A DNA stretch of 63,702 bases, counting the filler, from Anaerolineae bacterium (GTDB taxonomy: Bacteria > Chloroflexota > Anaerolineae > B4-G1 > DUEL01): the NCBI GenBank assembly GCA_041082215.1. It is 6 parts of 6 records of this genome, joined end to end, with 100 filler letters (N's around TTAATTAATTAA, not from the genome) between each part and the next. Parts side by side here need not be neighbours in the genome. Positions count along the whole stretch, not along the records: positions 1 to 5,898 come from JBDOIF010000115.1; positions 5,999 to 25,112 come from JBDOIF010000137.1; 4 more parts are not named here. One strand, 5' to 3'. How positions within the stretch are numbered: position 1 is the stretch's first letter; each line of letters starts with the position of its first letter. This document shows positions 1-8,384 of the stretch, piece after piece. The position numbers were made by a program, and so were the translations under genes. Below the pieces are notes generated by a model. It was not told where the DNA came from. It made no database searches and was given only the letters and a program-made list of their open reading frames with translations.

Positions 1-61
1 AGACACCAGCCCGCCGGGCCACATCGGCGATCGTCGCCCGTTTGGTTACCGCACCATGCAT
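1..61 (-). CDS. LacI-family transcriptional regulator, 5' fragment (runs off window start)
   Basis: My translation from ATG at 61: MHGAVTKRATIADVARRAGV(S), the LacI HTH signature; not in the ORF track. Confidence 0.85.
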   Translation of the reverse strand, partial: MHGAVTKRATIADVARRAGV

Positions 62-98
62 CGAGCGGACCCCCCAGGGGAGAACGGGAACAGGGTTC

Positions 99-140
99 TG
101 AAAGCGCTTTCATTATAGCAGATGAAAAAACTACTGTCAA
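99..140 (-). promoter_or_regulatory. sigma70 promoter with LacI/cre-type operator
   Basis: TTGACA(140-135)-17 nt-TATAAT(117-112); perfect palindrome TGAAAGCGCTTTCA at 99-112 over the expected start site. Confidence 0.85.
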
Positions 141-147
141 GCCAGAC

Positions 148-221
148 ATTCGGGCCATTCGTGGGATTCGCGATCCACCGGCGGGCGAGAGGGCCACTCG
201 CCCCGAAATTGAAATGTGCCC
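148..221 (-). mobile_element. Truncated MITE copy (left ~74 bp, reversed)
   Basis: Reverse complement of the left part of the element at 12964-13155. Confidence 0.85.
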
Positions 222-244
222 AGGATGGGGATTTTCGAATCCTC

Positions 245-919
245 TCAAATGATCCCCAGCTCCCCGGTCAGCGGAATCGGTTCTTTGCAGAGAAAGCCCT
301 CCCCATAGGCCGCCGTGATCATCATCCCATAATACCGGGCGACGATCTCCACGGCGAAAAGGATGGGGGTGTATTGAGAGCCGTGGGCCTGAAGGGCCTT
401 CTGCTTCACCCCATAGACGTCGGTGATATCGAGGACAAAGCTCGGACGACAGACCCGCTGGAAAGAGAGGGGAAAAGTGAGGTGAGCAGGCCTGGGGATC
501 AGCGGCTCAAACTCCGGGAACAGAGCTGGCCGCGAAGCAAGGTAAATCGCTCTCTCCACCAGGCGTGCCGTCGCCTCGTGGTCAGGATGATGGTCATCGA
601 AGTGGGGGGAGAGAACCAGGCGAGGGTGCAGCTCTTTCAGCTCTCGAACAATCCGAAGGGTCGTCTCATAGTCAAACTCCAGCCGGGCATCCGGCAGGTC
701 CAGCATACGGAACACGTCCACGCCCAGGACCTCCGCTGCGACGCGGGCCTCCGCCGCCCGCGTCTCCCGGTCCCCGAAAGTCCCCATCTCCCCCTGCGTC
801 AGCACCAGAATGCCGGTCCGCAAACCCCGCGCCCTGGCCTTCAGGAGAAGACCTGCACAACCTACTTCTGCATCGTCGGGATGAGCTCCAATAGCGAGAA
901 TGTCAACGGCCATCATCAC
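245..919 (-). CDS. bshB1: PIG-L/LmbE deacetylase, BshB1-like
   Basis: AHPDDAE, LTQGEMGT, DHHPDH and AHGSQ motifs; specific substrate is inferred. Confidence 0.7.
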   Translation of the reverse strand: MMMAVDILAIGAHPDDAEVGCAGLLLKARARGLRTGILVLTQGEMGTFGDRETRAAEARVAAEVLGVDVFRMLDLPDARLEFDYETTLRIVRELKELHPRLVLSPHFDDHHPDHEATARLVERAIYLASRPALFPEFEPLIPRPAHLTFPLSFQRVCRPSFVLDITDVYGVKQKALQAHGSQYTPILFAVEIVARYYGMMITAAYGEGFLCKEPIPLTGELGII

Positions 920-949
920 CGCTCCAGAAGAGGGGTATTCAGGTTTCGA

Positions 950-1549
950 CTATACTGCCTTGACTGCAGAGCCACAGTAGGGACACTCGGCCGTGTCGGG
1001 GCTATGCCACTCCAGCTCGTCGGGCAGAAGAGGCCCCCCACAGGAAGGACACTTGCCTGGCAATGCCCCCAGCCTCCCCTCACGGGCACGGGCGAAGCGG
1101 ATGGCCATCTCCCGACGGCTGGTACCCACCCTTTCGAGAGCCTCTTCCAGCCTCCTCTCCACCTCCTCGGCCTCTGCTACATACCCTTGCTTTCGTAGCG
1201 TATCTGCTACCCGCTCCGCAGCGGCTATAACCCGCTCCGGGAGGGGACGGTCGGCCAGTCCCTTCAAAGCCTGCAGTGAGTCGTCCACCGCCCTGCGGCC
1301 CTCGCCTCCCAGCGCCTCGGTGTAAGCAGCCTCCAGCAGCAACCCCGCTGCCCGCAGAGGCATCCCTCTACGGGCCGCGTTCTGAGCCAGCCGGTGGAAG
1401 ATGCTGGCTGCCTGGACAGTATCCCCATTTTCCAGGGCCTGATGGGCCCGGATCAGCGCCTCCCGCACTCCTGGCTCAACCGTGCCAGGAGGCAGCCCAC
1501 CCAGCGGGGGAGGCCCAAACGGTCGCAACGGTCGTCGCCTACGAAACAT
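950..1549 (-). CDS. Hypothetical helical protein with C-terminal zinc ribbon
   Basis: CPSCGG...CPYCGS; overlaps the trmI stop, operonic. Confidence 0.75.
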   Translation of the reverse strand: MFRRRRPLRPFGPPPLGGLPPGTVEPGVREALIRAHQALENGDTVQAASIFHRLAQNAARRGMPLRAAGLLLEAAYTEALGGEGRRAVDDSLQALKGLADRPLPERVIAAAERVADTLRKQGYVAEAEEVERRLEEALERVGTSRREMAIRFARAREGRLGALPGKCPSCGGPLLPDELEWHSPDTAECPYCGSAVKAV

Positions 1550-2372
1550 CTCCTTCCTCCATCCTTCTTGCGTCTTCTTCCCCCTCCGCCACCAGCGACC
1601 GGGCGAAGATCAGATAGCCGGTGTGCGCCACCATCCGGTCCGCCGGACGGAACCGGGCTGCAACCGTCTTGTAGGGGCGAAGCAGGATCTCCTCCACCTC
1701 TGGAAGGCCAAAGGGCGTCTCTTCCAGGGCCGCCAGCAGTTGAGCGACCTGGTTGGCGGTCGGCAAGATGGCCCCCAGGTATCCGCCGTTGACCAGCGCA
1801 GCGTGGGCCTGTTCCAGATAGTCCCACGGCGCGGGCACATCCAGGAAGAGGGCGTCCACCTCCCGCTCGTCGAACCCCTCGCCGATGTCCTTCAATTTGA
1901 ACTCCACGATCTCCGCCAGCCCGGCTCGCTCCAGGTTCCGCCGGGCCATCTGCTGCATCTCTGGACGGACCTCGTAGGAGTAGACCCGCCCATCTGGCCG
2001 CACCGCGTGGGCAAGCACCAGCGTCATCCCGCCACTGCCCGTGCCCGCCTCGATCACCCGACTGCCAGGGCCGATGTTCATTTTAAGAAGGACGTAGCCC
2101 GCCTCTTTGGGATAGACGATCTGGGTGATCCGACGCACCTGGAGAGCGAGGTCGTGGATAGAGGGAGTCAGGAGGAGATAGGGCTGGCCGAGGTGGGTGA
2201 CAACCCGGCTACCCCATGGGCGGCCGATCAGGTCGTCGTGGGCCAGAATCCCGTGATGGGTCTGAAGGGTCTGCCCGGGCGTCAGGCGGACGATCCGCCA
2301 TCGCCGCCTGGCGTCCACCACCATAGCCAGGTCGCCAGCCTGAGCACACCGTTGTTTCCCGGGAAGCGCCAT
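1539..2372 (-). CDS. trmI: tRNA (adenine-58-N1)-methyltransferase
   Basis: RITQIVYPKE, IEAGTGSG, LFLDVPAPW, MVAHTGYL motifs; start placed at ATG 2372, 9 nt after a TATAAT. Confidence 0.9.
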   Translation of the reverse strand: MALPGKQRCAQAGDLAMVVDARRRWRIVRLTPGQTLQTHHGILAHDDLIGRPWGSRVVTHLGQPYLLLTPSIHDLALQVRRITQIVYPKEAGYVLLKMNIGPGSRVIEAGTGSGGMTLVLAHAVRPDGRVYSYEVRPEMQQMARRNLERAGLAEIVEFKLKDIGEGFDEREVDALFLDVPAPWDYLEQAHAALVNGGYLGAILPTANQVAQLLAALEETPFGLPEVEEILLRPYKTVAARFRPADRMVAHTGYLIFARSLVAEGEEDARRMEEGDVS

Positions 2373-2381
2373 AGCGGTAGG

Positions 2382-2410
2382 ATTATAGCCCACTCAAGGC
2401 CAGCCTGCAA
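2382..2410 (-). promoter_or_regulatory. sigma70 promoter for trmI (probably near-leaderless)
   Basis: TTGCAG(2410-2405)-17 nt-TATAAT(2387-2382). Confidence 0.6.
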
Positions 2411-2426
2411 CCTTCAGCCCACCTTG

Positions 2427-2532
2427 GGGCGTATTTCAATTTCGGGCGGTATTCGTTTCCATTCGCGCCATTCGTGCTTCCCCAGGTCCGGCCCAGGCCA
2501 GGGACATCCCGCCCCCAGACTGAAATACACCT
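2427..2532 (+). mobile_element. MITE, internally deleted 106-bp copy
   Basis: Both termini retained (GGGCGTATTTCAATT...ACTGAAATACACCT); perfect 9-bp target duplication CCCACCTTG at 2418-2426 and 2533-2541. Confidence 0.92.
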
Positions 2533-2538
2533 CCCACC

Positions 2539-2567
2539 TTGTAAACCGCTTCACCCTGCGGTATAAT
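2539..2567 (+). promoter_or_regulatory. sigma70 promoter for the glycosylation cluster
   Basis: TTGTAA-17 nt-TATAAT; RBS-like GGAG before ATG 2597. Confidence 0.65.
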
Positions 2568-2596
2568 CCCCCCGACTCTAGCGACAGGAGCAGGCT

Positions 2597-3538
2597 ATGC
2601 GGATCCTGATCACGGGCGGAGCCGGTTTTATCGGCTCCCATCTCTGCGACCGCCTCCTGGCCGAAGGCCATGAAGTGATTGCGATGGACAACCTGAGCAC
2701 CGGCAGCGTGGAAAACATCGCCCACCTGGCCGGCCACGACCGTTTCCTGTTCATCAAGCACGACGTCACCAACTACATCTACATCCCCGGCCCACTGGAC
2801 GCGGTGCTCCACCTGGCCAGCCTTCCCAGTCCGGTGGATTACCTGAACTACCCCATTCAGACCCTCAAGGTGGGGGCCCTGGGCACGCACAAGACGCTGG
2901 GGCTTGCTCTGGAAAAGAAAGCCCGCTATCTCCTGGCCTCCACCTCCGAGGTGTACGGCGACCCGCTGGTCCATCCCCAGCCAGAGGATTACTGGGGCAA
3001 CGTCAACCCGGTCGGCCCACGGGGGGTCTACGACGAGAGCAAGCGGTTCGCCGAGGCGCTGACGATGGCCTACCACCGCTACCACGGGCTGGATACCCGG
3101 ATCGCCCGCATCTTCAACACCTACGGCCCCCGGATGCGGGCGGACGACGGGCGGGTGGTGCCCAACTTCATCTGCCAGGCACTGCGGGGCGAACCCCTTA
3201 CCGTCTACGATGAAGGCTCCCGCACCCGCAGCTTCTGCTACGTTGACGACCTGGTGGAAGGGATGCTGCGCCTCCTCTTCTCGGACGAAATCCGTCCGGT
3301 CAACCTGGGCAACCCGCAGGAGATGACCATCCTGGAGTTCGCCCACAAGGTACTGGAAGTGACGGGCAGCTCTTCCAAGATTGTCTTCATCCACCCCACC
3401 GACGAACGGACAAAGGACGACCCCAAGGTCCGTTGCCCCGACATCACCCGCGCCCGCCAGGTACTGGGATGGGAGCCGAGGGTCCCTCTTGAGGAAGGTC
3501 TCCGGCAAACGGCCGCCTACTTTCGGGAGCGTCTGTGA
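2597..3538 (+). CDS. UDP-glucuronate decarboxylase (extended SDR)
   Basis: [43 protein letters not shown]. Confidence 0.92.
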   Translation: MRILITGGAGFIGSHLCDRLLAEGHEVIAMDNLSTGSVENIAHLAGHDRFLFIKHDVTNYIYIPGPLDAVLHLASLPSPVDYLNYPIQTLKVGALGTHKTLGLALEKKARYLLASTSEVYGDPLVHPQPEDYWGNVNPVGPRGVYDESKRFAEALTMAYHRYHGLDTRIARIFNTYGPRMRADDGRVVPNFICQALRGEPLTVYDEGSRTRSFCYVDDLVEGMLRLLFSDEIRPVNLGNPQEMTILEFAHKVLEVTGSSSKIVFIHPTDERTKDDPKVRCPDITRARQVLGWEPRVPLEEGLRQTAAYFRERL

Positions 3539-5040
3539 ACCGTAGAGAGACCACCCACCTGCTGGCCTGGAACGCTCCCCTCTCTGCCGGACTGGGGCTG
3601 GCTCTGGCCCTGGCCGGAGGGCTGCTGCTGATCCGACTTTCCCCCACAGCAGCGGCGGTGCTGATGGGGCTTGCGGCGCTGGCAGCAGCAACTCTGATCG
3701 AGCCGTTGACGGGCCTCCTCGGCGGCCTCTTCCTCGGCCTTCTGCGCGCATACCTCCAGGCGGAGGTCCCTCAGATCCCCGCCCAGATCGGCCACCTCTA
3801 CATCGCCCTGGCAGCAGGGGCCTGGCTTGCCCGCGGGCTGGCCCGACGTGAGCTGAGGATACCCGCCAGGAAGGAGGCGGTGCCGCCGCTGCTTGGGCTT
3901 CTTGGCTTCATCGCCGCGGCCTGGCTCTCGCTGTGGGAGCCAGCGGACCTGGCCGGATACGGCCTTCCGGAACTGGTCAAATGGGTGGAAATCCTGCTGG
4001 TCCTGCTCCTGGCGGTCGAGCGGGCCTCCCCCCGTCAACTCCCCTGGCTGACGGCGGGGGTGCTCCTGGTGGGCCTCTTCCAGGCCGGAGTGGGCCTCTA
4101 CCAGTTCGGGCTGCGCGGCGAGGGGCCGGAGCACTTCCTGATCCCCGGCACCGATTTCTATCGGGCCTACGGCACCTTCGAACAGCCCAATCCCTACGCT
4201 GGCTATATCGGAATGACGCTGGCGGTAGCGGTGGGGGTGATGGCGGGAGGGAGAGACGTGGGGACGCGGGGACACGGGGACACGGGCGATCTCCCCATCT
4301 CCATGCCCCTGTGTCTCCGCGTCCTCCTGCCGGTTGTCGCGCTTGCCCTGGCGGGGGGACTGGTCGCCTCCTGGAGCCGGGGGGCGTGGATCGGTTTCGG
4401 GGCAGCGCTGGCGGTGATGGCAGTTGCTCTGCCCCGCCGGAGCCGGTGGGGATTGTTGCTGGTGGGAGCGCTGGCAGCCGTTGCCCTGGCCCTCTATGTG
4501 TCCGGGCTGCTCCCCCCTGCCATCGTCGTCCGCCTCACCGATTTCGCTGCAGGCCTGCGGCTGGAGGACGTGCGGGGGGTGGGGATCAACGATGCCAACT
4601 ACGCCGTGATCGAACGGCTGGCCCACTGGCAGGCTGCGCTGGAGATGTGGCGGGCCAACTTCTGGACCGGGGCGGGGTTGGGTTGCTACGAGCCAGCCTA
4701 TCCTCGCTACGCTCTCATCAACTGGCCCAACGCCCTGGGGCATGCCCACAACATCTACCTCAACCTGCTGGCAGAGACGGGGTTGATCGGCCTGATGGCC
4801 TATCTCGCCTTCTGGTCCATCCTCTTCTGGCAGACCTGGCAGGCGACCCGTTGCCTTTCGGGCCTCCCCCGCGGGCTGGCCCTCGGCCTTCTGGGAGCCT
4901 GGACCCACCTCGCCGTCCACAACTTCTTCGACAACCTCTACGTCAACAACGCCCACCTCCTCATCGGCCTCCTCATCGGCCTCCTCCCAGCCACCCAATC
5001 ACCCAATCACCCAATTACCCAATTACCCAATGACCAATGA
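3535..5040 (+). CDS. O-antigen ligase (Wzy_C)-family membrane protein
   Basis: Multi-[38 protein letters not shown]. Confidence 0.88.
   Translation: MNRRETTHLLAWNAPLSAGLGLALALAGGLLLIRLSPTAAAVLMGLAALAAATLIEPLTGLLGGLFLGLLRAYLQAEVPQIPAQIGHLYIALAAGAWLARGLARRELRIPARKEAVPPLLGLLGFIAAAWLSLWEPADLAGYGLPELVKWVEILLVLLLAVERASPRQLPWLTAGVLLVGLFQAGVGLYQFGLRGEGPEHFLIPGTDFYRAYGTFEQPNPYAGYIGMTLAVAVGVMAGGRDVGTRGHGDTGDLPISMPLCLRVLLPVVALALAGGLVASWSRGAWIGFGAALAVMAVALPRRSRWGLLLVGALAAVALALYVSGLLPPAIVVRLTDFAAGLRLEDVRGVGINDANYAVIERLAHWQAALEMWRANFWTGAGLGCYEPAYPRYALINWPNALGHAHNIYLNLLAETGLIGLMAYLAFWSILFWQTWQATRCLSGLPRGLALGLLGAWTHLAVHNFFDNLYVNNAHLLIGLLIGLLPATQSPNHPITQLPNDQ
4993..5040 (+). repeat. Octamer tandem repeat (ACCCAATH x5 plus a partial unit)
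   Basis: ACCCAATC x2, ACCCAATT x2, ACCCAATG, ACCAATGA; contains the ligase stop and the gtrA start. Confidence 0.85.
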
Positions 5041-5495
5041 ACCGTAAGGAACTCACCCGCTTCATCAAATTCTCTATCGTCGGCACCATCGGCGCGGTAG
5101 TGGATTTCGGAACGCTGTATCTGTTGCATGTGGTGGCAGGGCTGCCGATCGTCCTGGCAAACACCTGCTCTTTCACTGCCGCGGTGCTCAGCAATTTCAC
5201 CTGGAACCGGCTCTGGACCTACCCCGACTCCCGCTCCAAGCCGATCCGGACCCAGCTCCTCCAGTTCTTCGTCGTCAACGCAGCCGGATGGGGGATCAAC
5301 ACCGGCATCCTGGTCCTGCTGCGTTATCCCTGCGTGTCCCTGGTGACCCAACTGACCGGCTGGGCGTCGCTGACACTGGGGGCGGAGCTTCTCTACAAAC
5401 TGGGCTACAACCTGGCCAAAGCAGTCGCCACCGGCGTCGTCCTTTTCTGGAACTTTTTCGTCAACCGGTACTGGACCTATTCGGATGTGACCTGA
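5037..5495 (+). CDS. GtrA-family protein
   Basis: RFIKFSIVG, NFTWNRLWTY, WNFFVNRYWTY; about 4 TM helices. Confidence 0.9.
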   Translation: MNRKELTRFIKFSIVGTIGAVVDFGTLYLLHVVAGLPIVLANTCSFTAAVLSNFTWNRLWTYPDSRSKPIRTQLLQFFVVNAAGWGINTGILVLLRYPCVSLVTQLTGWASLTLGAELLYKLGYNLAKAVATGVVLFWNFFVNRYWTYSDVT

Positions 5496-5898
5496 TGCGG
5501 GTCGGCATTGATTACACAGCCGCGGTGCGGCAACAGGCGGGGATCGGACGGTACACACGGGAGCTGGTCAGTGCACTCCTGGCCCTGCCCAACCCCCATC
5601 GGTACATCCTCTTCGCCGCGACCGGCCGCCGGCAAACGGCCACACGTCATACGTCATACGTACGTCATACGTCATACGTCAGTAACAGCCAGCGACCGGC
5701 CACTGGCTGCCAGTTGCGTACCATCCCGCTCACGGATGACTGGCTCGCCCGCATCTGGCACCGCCTTCGCCTCCCCATCCCCGTCGAGGTGGTCATCGGG
5801 CGGGTAGACCTCTTTTATTCCCCTGACTTCGTCCTCCCTCCCACCCTGCCCCGCACCCACACCCTCCTTACTGTCCACGACCTTTCGTTTCTCCACTA
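5495..5898 (+). CDS. Glycosyltransferase family 4, N-terminal part (cut by gap)
   Basis: MRVGID..., GIGRYTRELV, DLFYSPDFVLPP, LTVHDLSF. Confidence 0.85.
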
Positions 5899-5998
5899 NN
5901 NNNNNNNNNNNNNNNNNNNNNNNNNNNNNNNNNNNNNNNNNNTTAATTAATTAANNNNNNNNNNNNNNNNNNNNNNNNNNNNNNNNNNNNNNNNNNNN
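5899..5998. other. Artificial contig linker (same at 25113-25212, 41559-41658, 61390-61489, 62531-62630)
   Basis: 100-nt N runs with central TTAATTAATTAA (stops in all frames). Confidence 0.97.
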
Positions 5999-6383
5999 GA
6001 TTGAAACCGCAGCAGACGTGACGTCCGTCCACGCAGAACCGTTTGTGGTCCAAACGCCCAGAATCCCGACTGAGGGATTGAAACATTCGTCTGTTGTCAT
6101 CTATGATAAAGCTGCCGAGCAGGTCCAAACGCCCAGAATCCCGACTGAGGGATTGAAACACCTGCCCGCAAGCAAGAACATCGCTGAGGATTTCCAAGTC
6201 CAAACGCCCAGAATCCCGACTGAGGGATTGAAACACCTTCAGCGATTCAATCCCCGCCTCTACAAGGCCCGGTCCAAACGCCCAGAATCCCGACTGAGGG
6301 ATTGAAACACAGAGGATGGCCGGATCGTCCCCGAGGAGAGCTCCGGGTCCAAACGCCCAGAATCCCGACTGAGGGATAGGGAA
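5999..6383 (+). CRISPR. CRISPR array, trailer end: 37-bp repeat GTCCAAACGCCCAGAATCCCGACTGAGGGATTGAAAC, 5 spacers visible
   Basis: Partial repeat 5999-6007; identical repeats 6048-6084, 6123-6159, 6198-6234, 6272-6308; degenerate terminal repeat 6347-6383; spacers 40, 38, 38, 37, 38 nt; stem AATCCC/GGGATT and 3' ATTGAAAC typical of Cas6-processed class 1 repeats. Confidence 0.98.
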
Positions 6384-6468
6384 AACAAAAGTGCCTAGGA
6401 AAACAGTCCGGGGCACTACTGTTTCTTCTGCCTGTGTGAATCCATGTCCTCCTTAGAAACGCTTTCGC

Positions 6469-6497
6469 TTGACGGAATGGCAAATCGGGTTTATTCT
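6469..6497 (+). promoter_or_regulatory. sigma70-like promoter pointing into the tRNA-Gln fragment
   Basis: TTGACG-17 nt-TATTCT. Confidence 0.55.
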
Positions 6498-6517
6498 TAA
6501 AGTTGCGGCACGGCCAG

Positions 6518-6566
6518 ACAGACTTTGGATCCGTGATTCGCAGGTTCGAATCCTGCCGCCCCAGCC
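6518..6566 (+). pseudogene. 3' half of tRNA-Gln(TTG); probable att site
   Basis: Anticodon loop CTTTGGA, T arm GCAGG-TTCGAAT-CCTGC, 3' acceptor CGCCCCA-G-CC; no 5' acceptor strand (TGGGGCG) or D arm upstream. Confidence 0.8.
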
Positions 6567-6601
6567 TGGGGTTATTCTGTTGTGCTACCTCTAAAGAGAC
6601 G

Positions 6602-7960
6602 ATGAGATATCCGGTCGAACCGGCGGACTCCTCCTCCGTCTGTATGCGAAGTGTGGCGGCAGCGCTCCGGGGCGCTTTCCTGGACCCCTTCCAGATTCCT
6701 CCTGTCCAGCGGTGGGGCCTCTCCCTGATGGCCCCTCTCGGCCCCGAGGCGGTCCGGCGGGCGGTGGGATGGGGAGTCCGGTTTCGGGGCACTGCACCGG
6801 CCTGGGCGGACCGGATCACGGCTGATGGATTGGCCCGCTGGGCTGTCTCTCTATACGCTGGCCTGCAAGGCCCCTTCGATGCTGTCCTCCTCGGTGCCCC
6901 CAACGGCGGCGTGGCCCATCTGGCCGCGGCTCTCGGAGTCCCCTTCCTTTCCCAGCACTTCCTCATCAGCTTCCGCGACCCCACCGACCCCGACGACATC
7001 CGCACCTACTTCGACCACGGCACAGCCCTGGCCCGCCGTATCCTCCAGCGGGAGCCGATGGTGGCGGTGATCAACCACTACGATCCTCTCCACGATCGGT
7101 ATCTGGTCCGGTGGGTCAACCATATCCGCCTCAAGCTGCTCGATCTGCCGGAGGCGTACCGGACCTTTATCCAGGAGCGGCTCCGACCCGGCGGCACGCT
7201 GATCTTCACGGATTGCCGGTACTCCTGGCTCCAGTATCGGGTGGGGCCACGCCACACCTTCCAGGTGGGAGGACTGGGGGATGTGGCCGACCGGGAGTTC
7301 CTGGAGGGGAGGCCGGAGATCGAAGCCGTGCGCGGAGCACCAGGCGGGTGGAGATTGGAGGGCATGCCCTTAGAAGAGCGGCCCGAGTCGGAATGGGGGG
7401 CAGAGCCGCCACTGCGGGAGGTGGTGGAGACCTTCGCCCATGCCCACGGCTACCGGTTCGTCGCCCTGGAGGGGGATCATCCGGAAGGGTACGCCCGGCT
7501 GGCGCTGGAGGCCCACCGATGGCTGAGTGAAGTGGAAGGACGGAACCCCCAGGGAACGCTGGTCGAGGTGTTCACCCAGACCAATCCGACCGCCCCTCTG
7601 GCCTCGCGGCTTCTCCCCCTCTGGCTGCCCTTCAACTGCACCGACAGCCTCCGCTTCCTGCAACAGATGCGGGGGGAGTTGCCCGCCGACAGGCCGGTGC
7701 TCCTCACCCCCCTTTCCAATTTCGTCCAAACCTTCGATACGGCAGGATGGGAGGCTTATCAGGAGGCACTGACGGGGATGGACCTGCGGGTGCTGGGGGT
7801 GCGGGAGCGGCTGTTCCCTTCCGATCCGGCGGGGCTGTGGAAGCCAGCGCGGATGCTCTCCCGCTGGTGTGCAAAACACCCGGACCCGGTCCGGGTGCGG
7901 CTGGATGCGGCTCAGCTCAGGCTCCTCGGGCAGGACTCGAACCTGCAACCAACCGGTTAA
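6602..7960 (+). CDS. Hypothetical protein (~452 aa)
   Basis: Long ORF with host-like codon usage; LLGAPNGGVAHLAAALG motif; start uncertain; 3' end overlaps tRNA-Asn on the opposite strand. Confidence 0.75.
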   Translation: MRYPVEPADSSSVCMRSVAAALRGAFLDPFQIPPVQRWGLSLMAPLGPEAVRRAVGWGVRFRGTAPAWADRITADGLARWAVSLYAGLQGPFDAVLLGAPNGGVAHLAAALGVPFLSQHFLISFRDPTDPDDIRTYFDHGTALARRILQREPMVAVINHYDPLHDRYLVRWVNHIRLKLLDLPEAYRTFIQERLRPGGTLIFTDCRYSWLQYRVGPRHTFQVGGLGDVADREFLEGRPEIEAVRGAPGGWRLEGMPLEERPESEWGAEPPLREVVETFAHAHGYRFVALEGDHPEGYARLALEAHRWLSEVEGRNPQGTLVEVFTQTNPTAPLASRLLPLWLPFNCTDSLRFLQQMRGELPADRPVLLTPLSNFVQTFDTAGWEAYQEALTGMDLRVLGVRERLFPSDPAGLWKPARMLSRWCAKHPDPVRVRLDAAQLRLLGQDSNLQPTG

Positions 7961-7994
7961 CAGCCGGCCGCTCTACCTGTTGAGCTACCGAGGA
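7922..7994 (-). tRNA. tRNA-Asn(GTT)
   Basis: TCCTCGG/CCGAGGA acceptor stem, GCTC-AACAGGTA-GAGC D arm, CCGG-CTGTTAA-CCGG anticodon arm, GCAGG-TTCGAGT-CCTGC T arm; CCA not fully encoded. Confidence 0.97.
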
Positions 7995-8008
7995 TCGCTT
8001 GCGCTCAC

Positions 8009-8037
8009 ATTATACCTCGAACCCCGACACACGTCAA
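8009..8037 (-). promoter_or_regulatory. tRNA-Asn promoter
   Basis: TTGACG(8037-8032)-17 nt-TATAAT(8014-8009). Confidence 0.85.
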
Positions 8038-8053
8038 GCACCTTTCAGAACGC

Positions 8054-8245
8054 GGGCGTATTTCAATTTCGGGGCGAGTGGTCCTCTCGCCCGCCGGTGG
8101 ATCGCGAATCCCACGGATGGCTCGAATACGGCGAACAGGAGGGATACCTGCTCCATTCGCGGTATTCGTTTCCATTCGCGCCATTCGAGTTTCCCCAGGT
8201 CCGGTCCGGCCCAGGGACATCTCGCCCCCAAACGGAAATACACCT
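8054..8245 (+). mobile_element. MITE, full-length 192 bp
   Basis: ~25-bp imperfect TIRs; flanks TCAGAACGC / TTAGAACGC (9-bp TSD, 1 mismatch); near-identical to 12964-13155. Confidence 0.92.
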
Positions 8246-8384
8246 TTAGAACGCTGAGGGCGCTGAGGACCGGAGGATTTTCTGCGCCTCTGTGCCCTCC
8301 GTGTCTCTGAGGTCCTTCTTTTGAACGGGAATGGCGCGAATGGGGAGGAGTGATGCAACTGGTCGGGGCAGCAGGGGAGGAGAG

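Noticed and set aside
5899..5998. TTAATTAATTAA motifs within N runs (five places) and the apparent GT4-CRISPR adjacency
   Set aside because: Artificial contig linkers; neighbours across them need not be adjacent in the genome
6309..6346. Possible self-targeting: spacer 5 begins ACAGAGGATG, also present at ~8643 in the PBP gene
   Set aside because: Only about 10 nt match, expected by chance; I saw no full protospacer in the window
6518..6600. Intact or circularly permuted tRNA-Gln (TGGGG follows the 3' half)
   Set aside because: No D arm or complete 5' acceptor strand on either side
8034..8243. Small ORFs repeated at 8034-8243, 12875-13153, 12962-13189 and the start of 122-1198
   Set aside because: They are translations of the MITE, not independent genes
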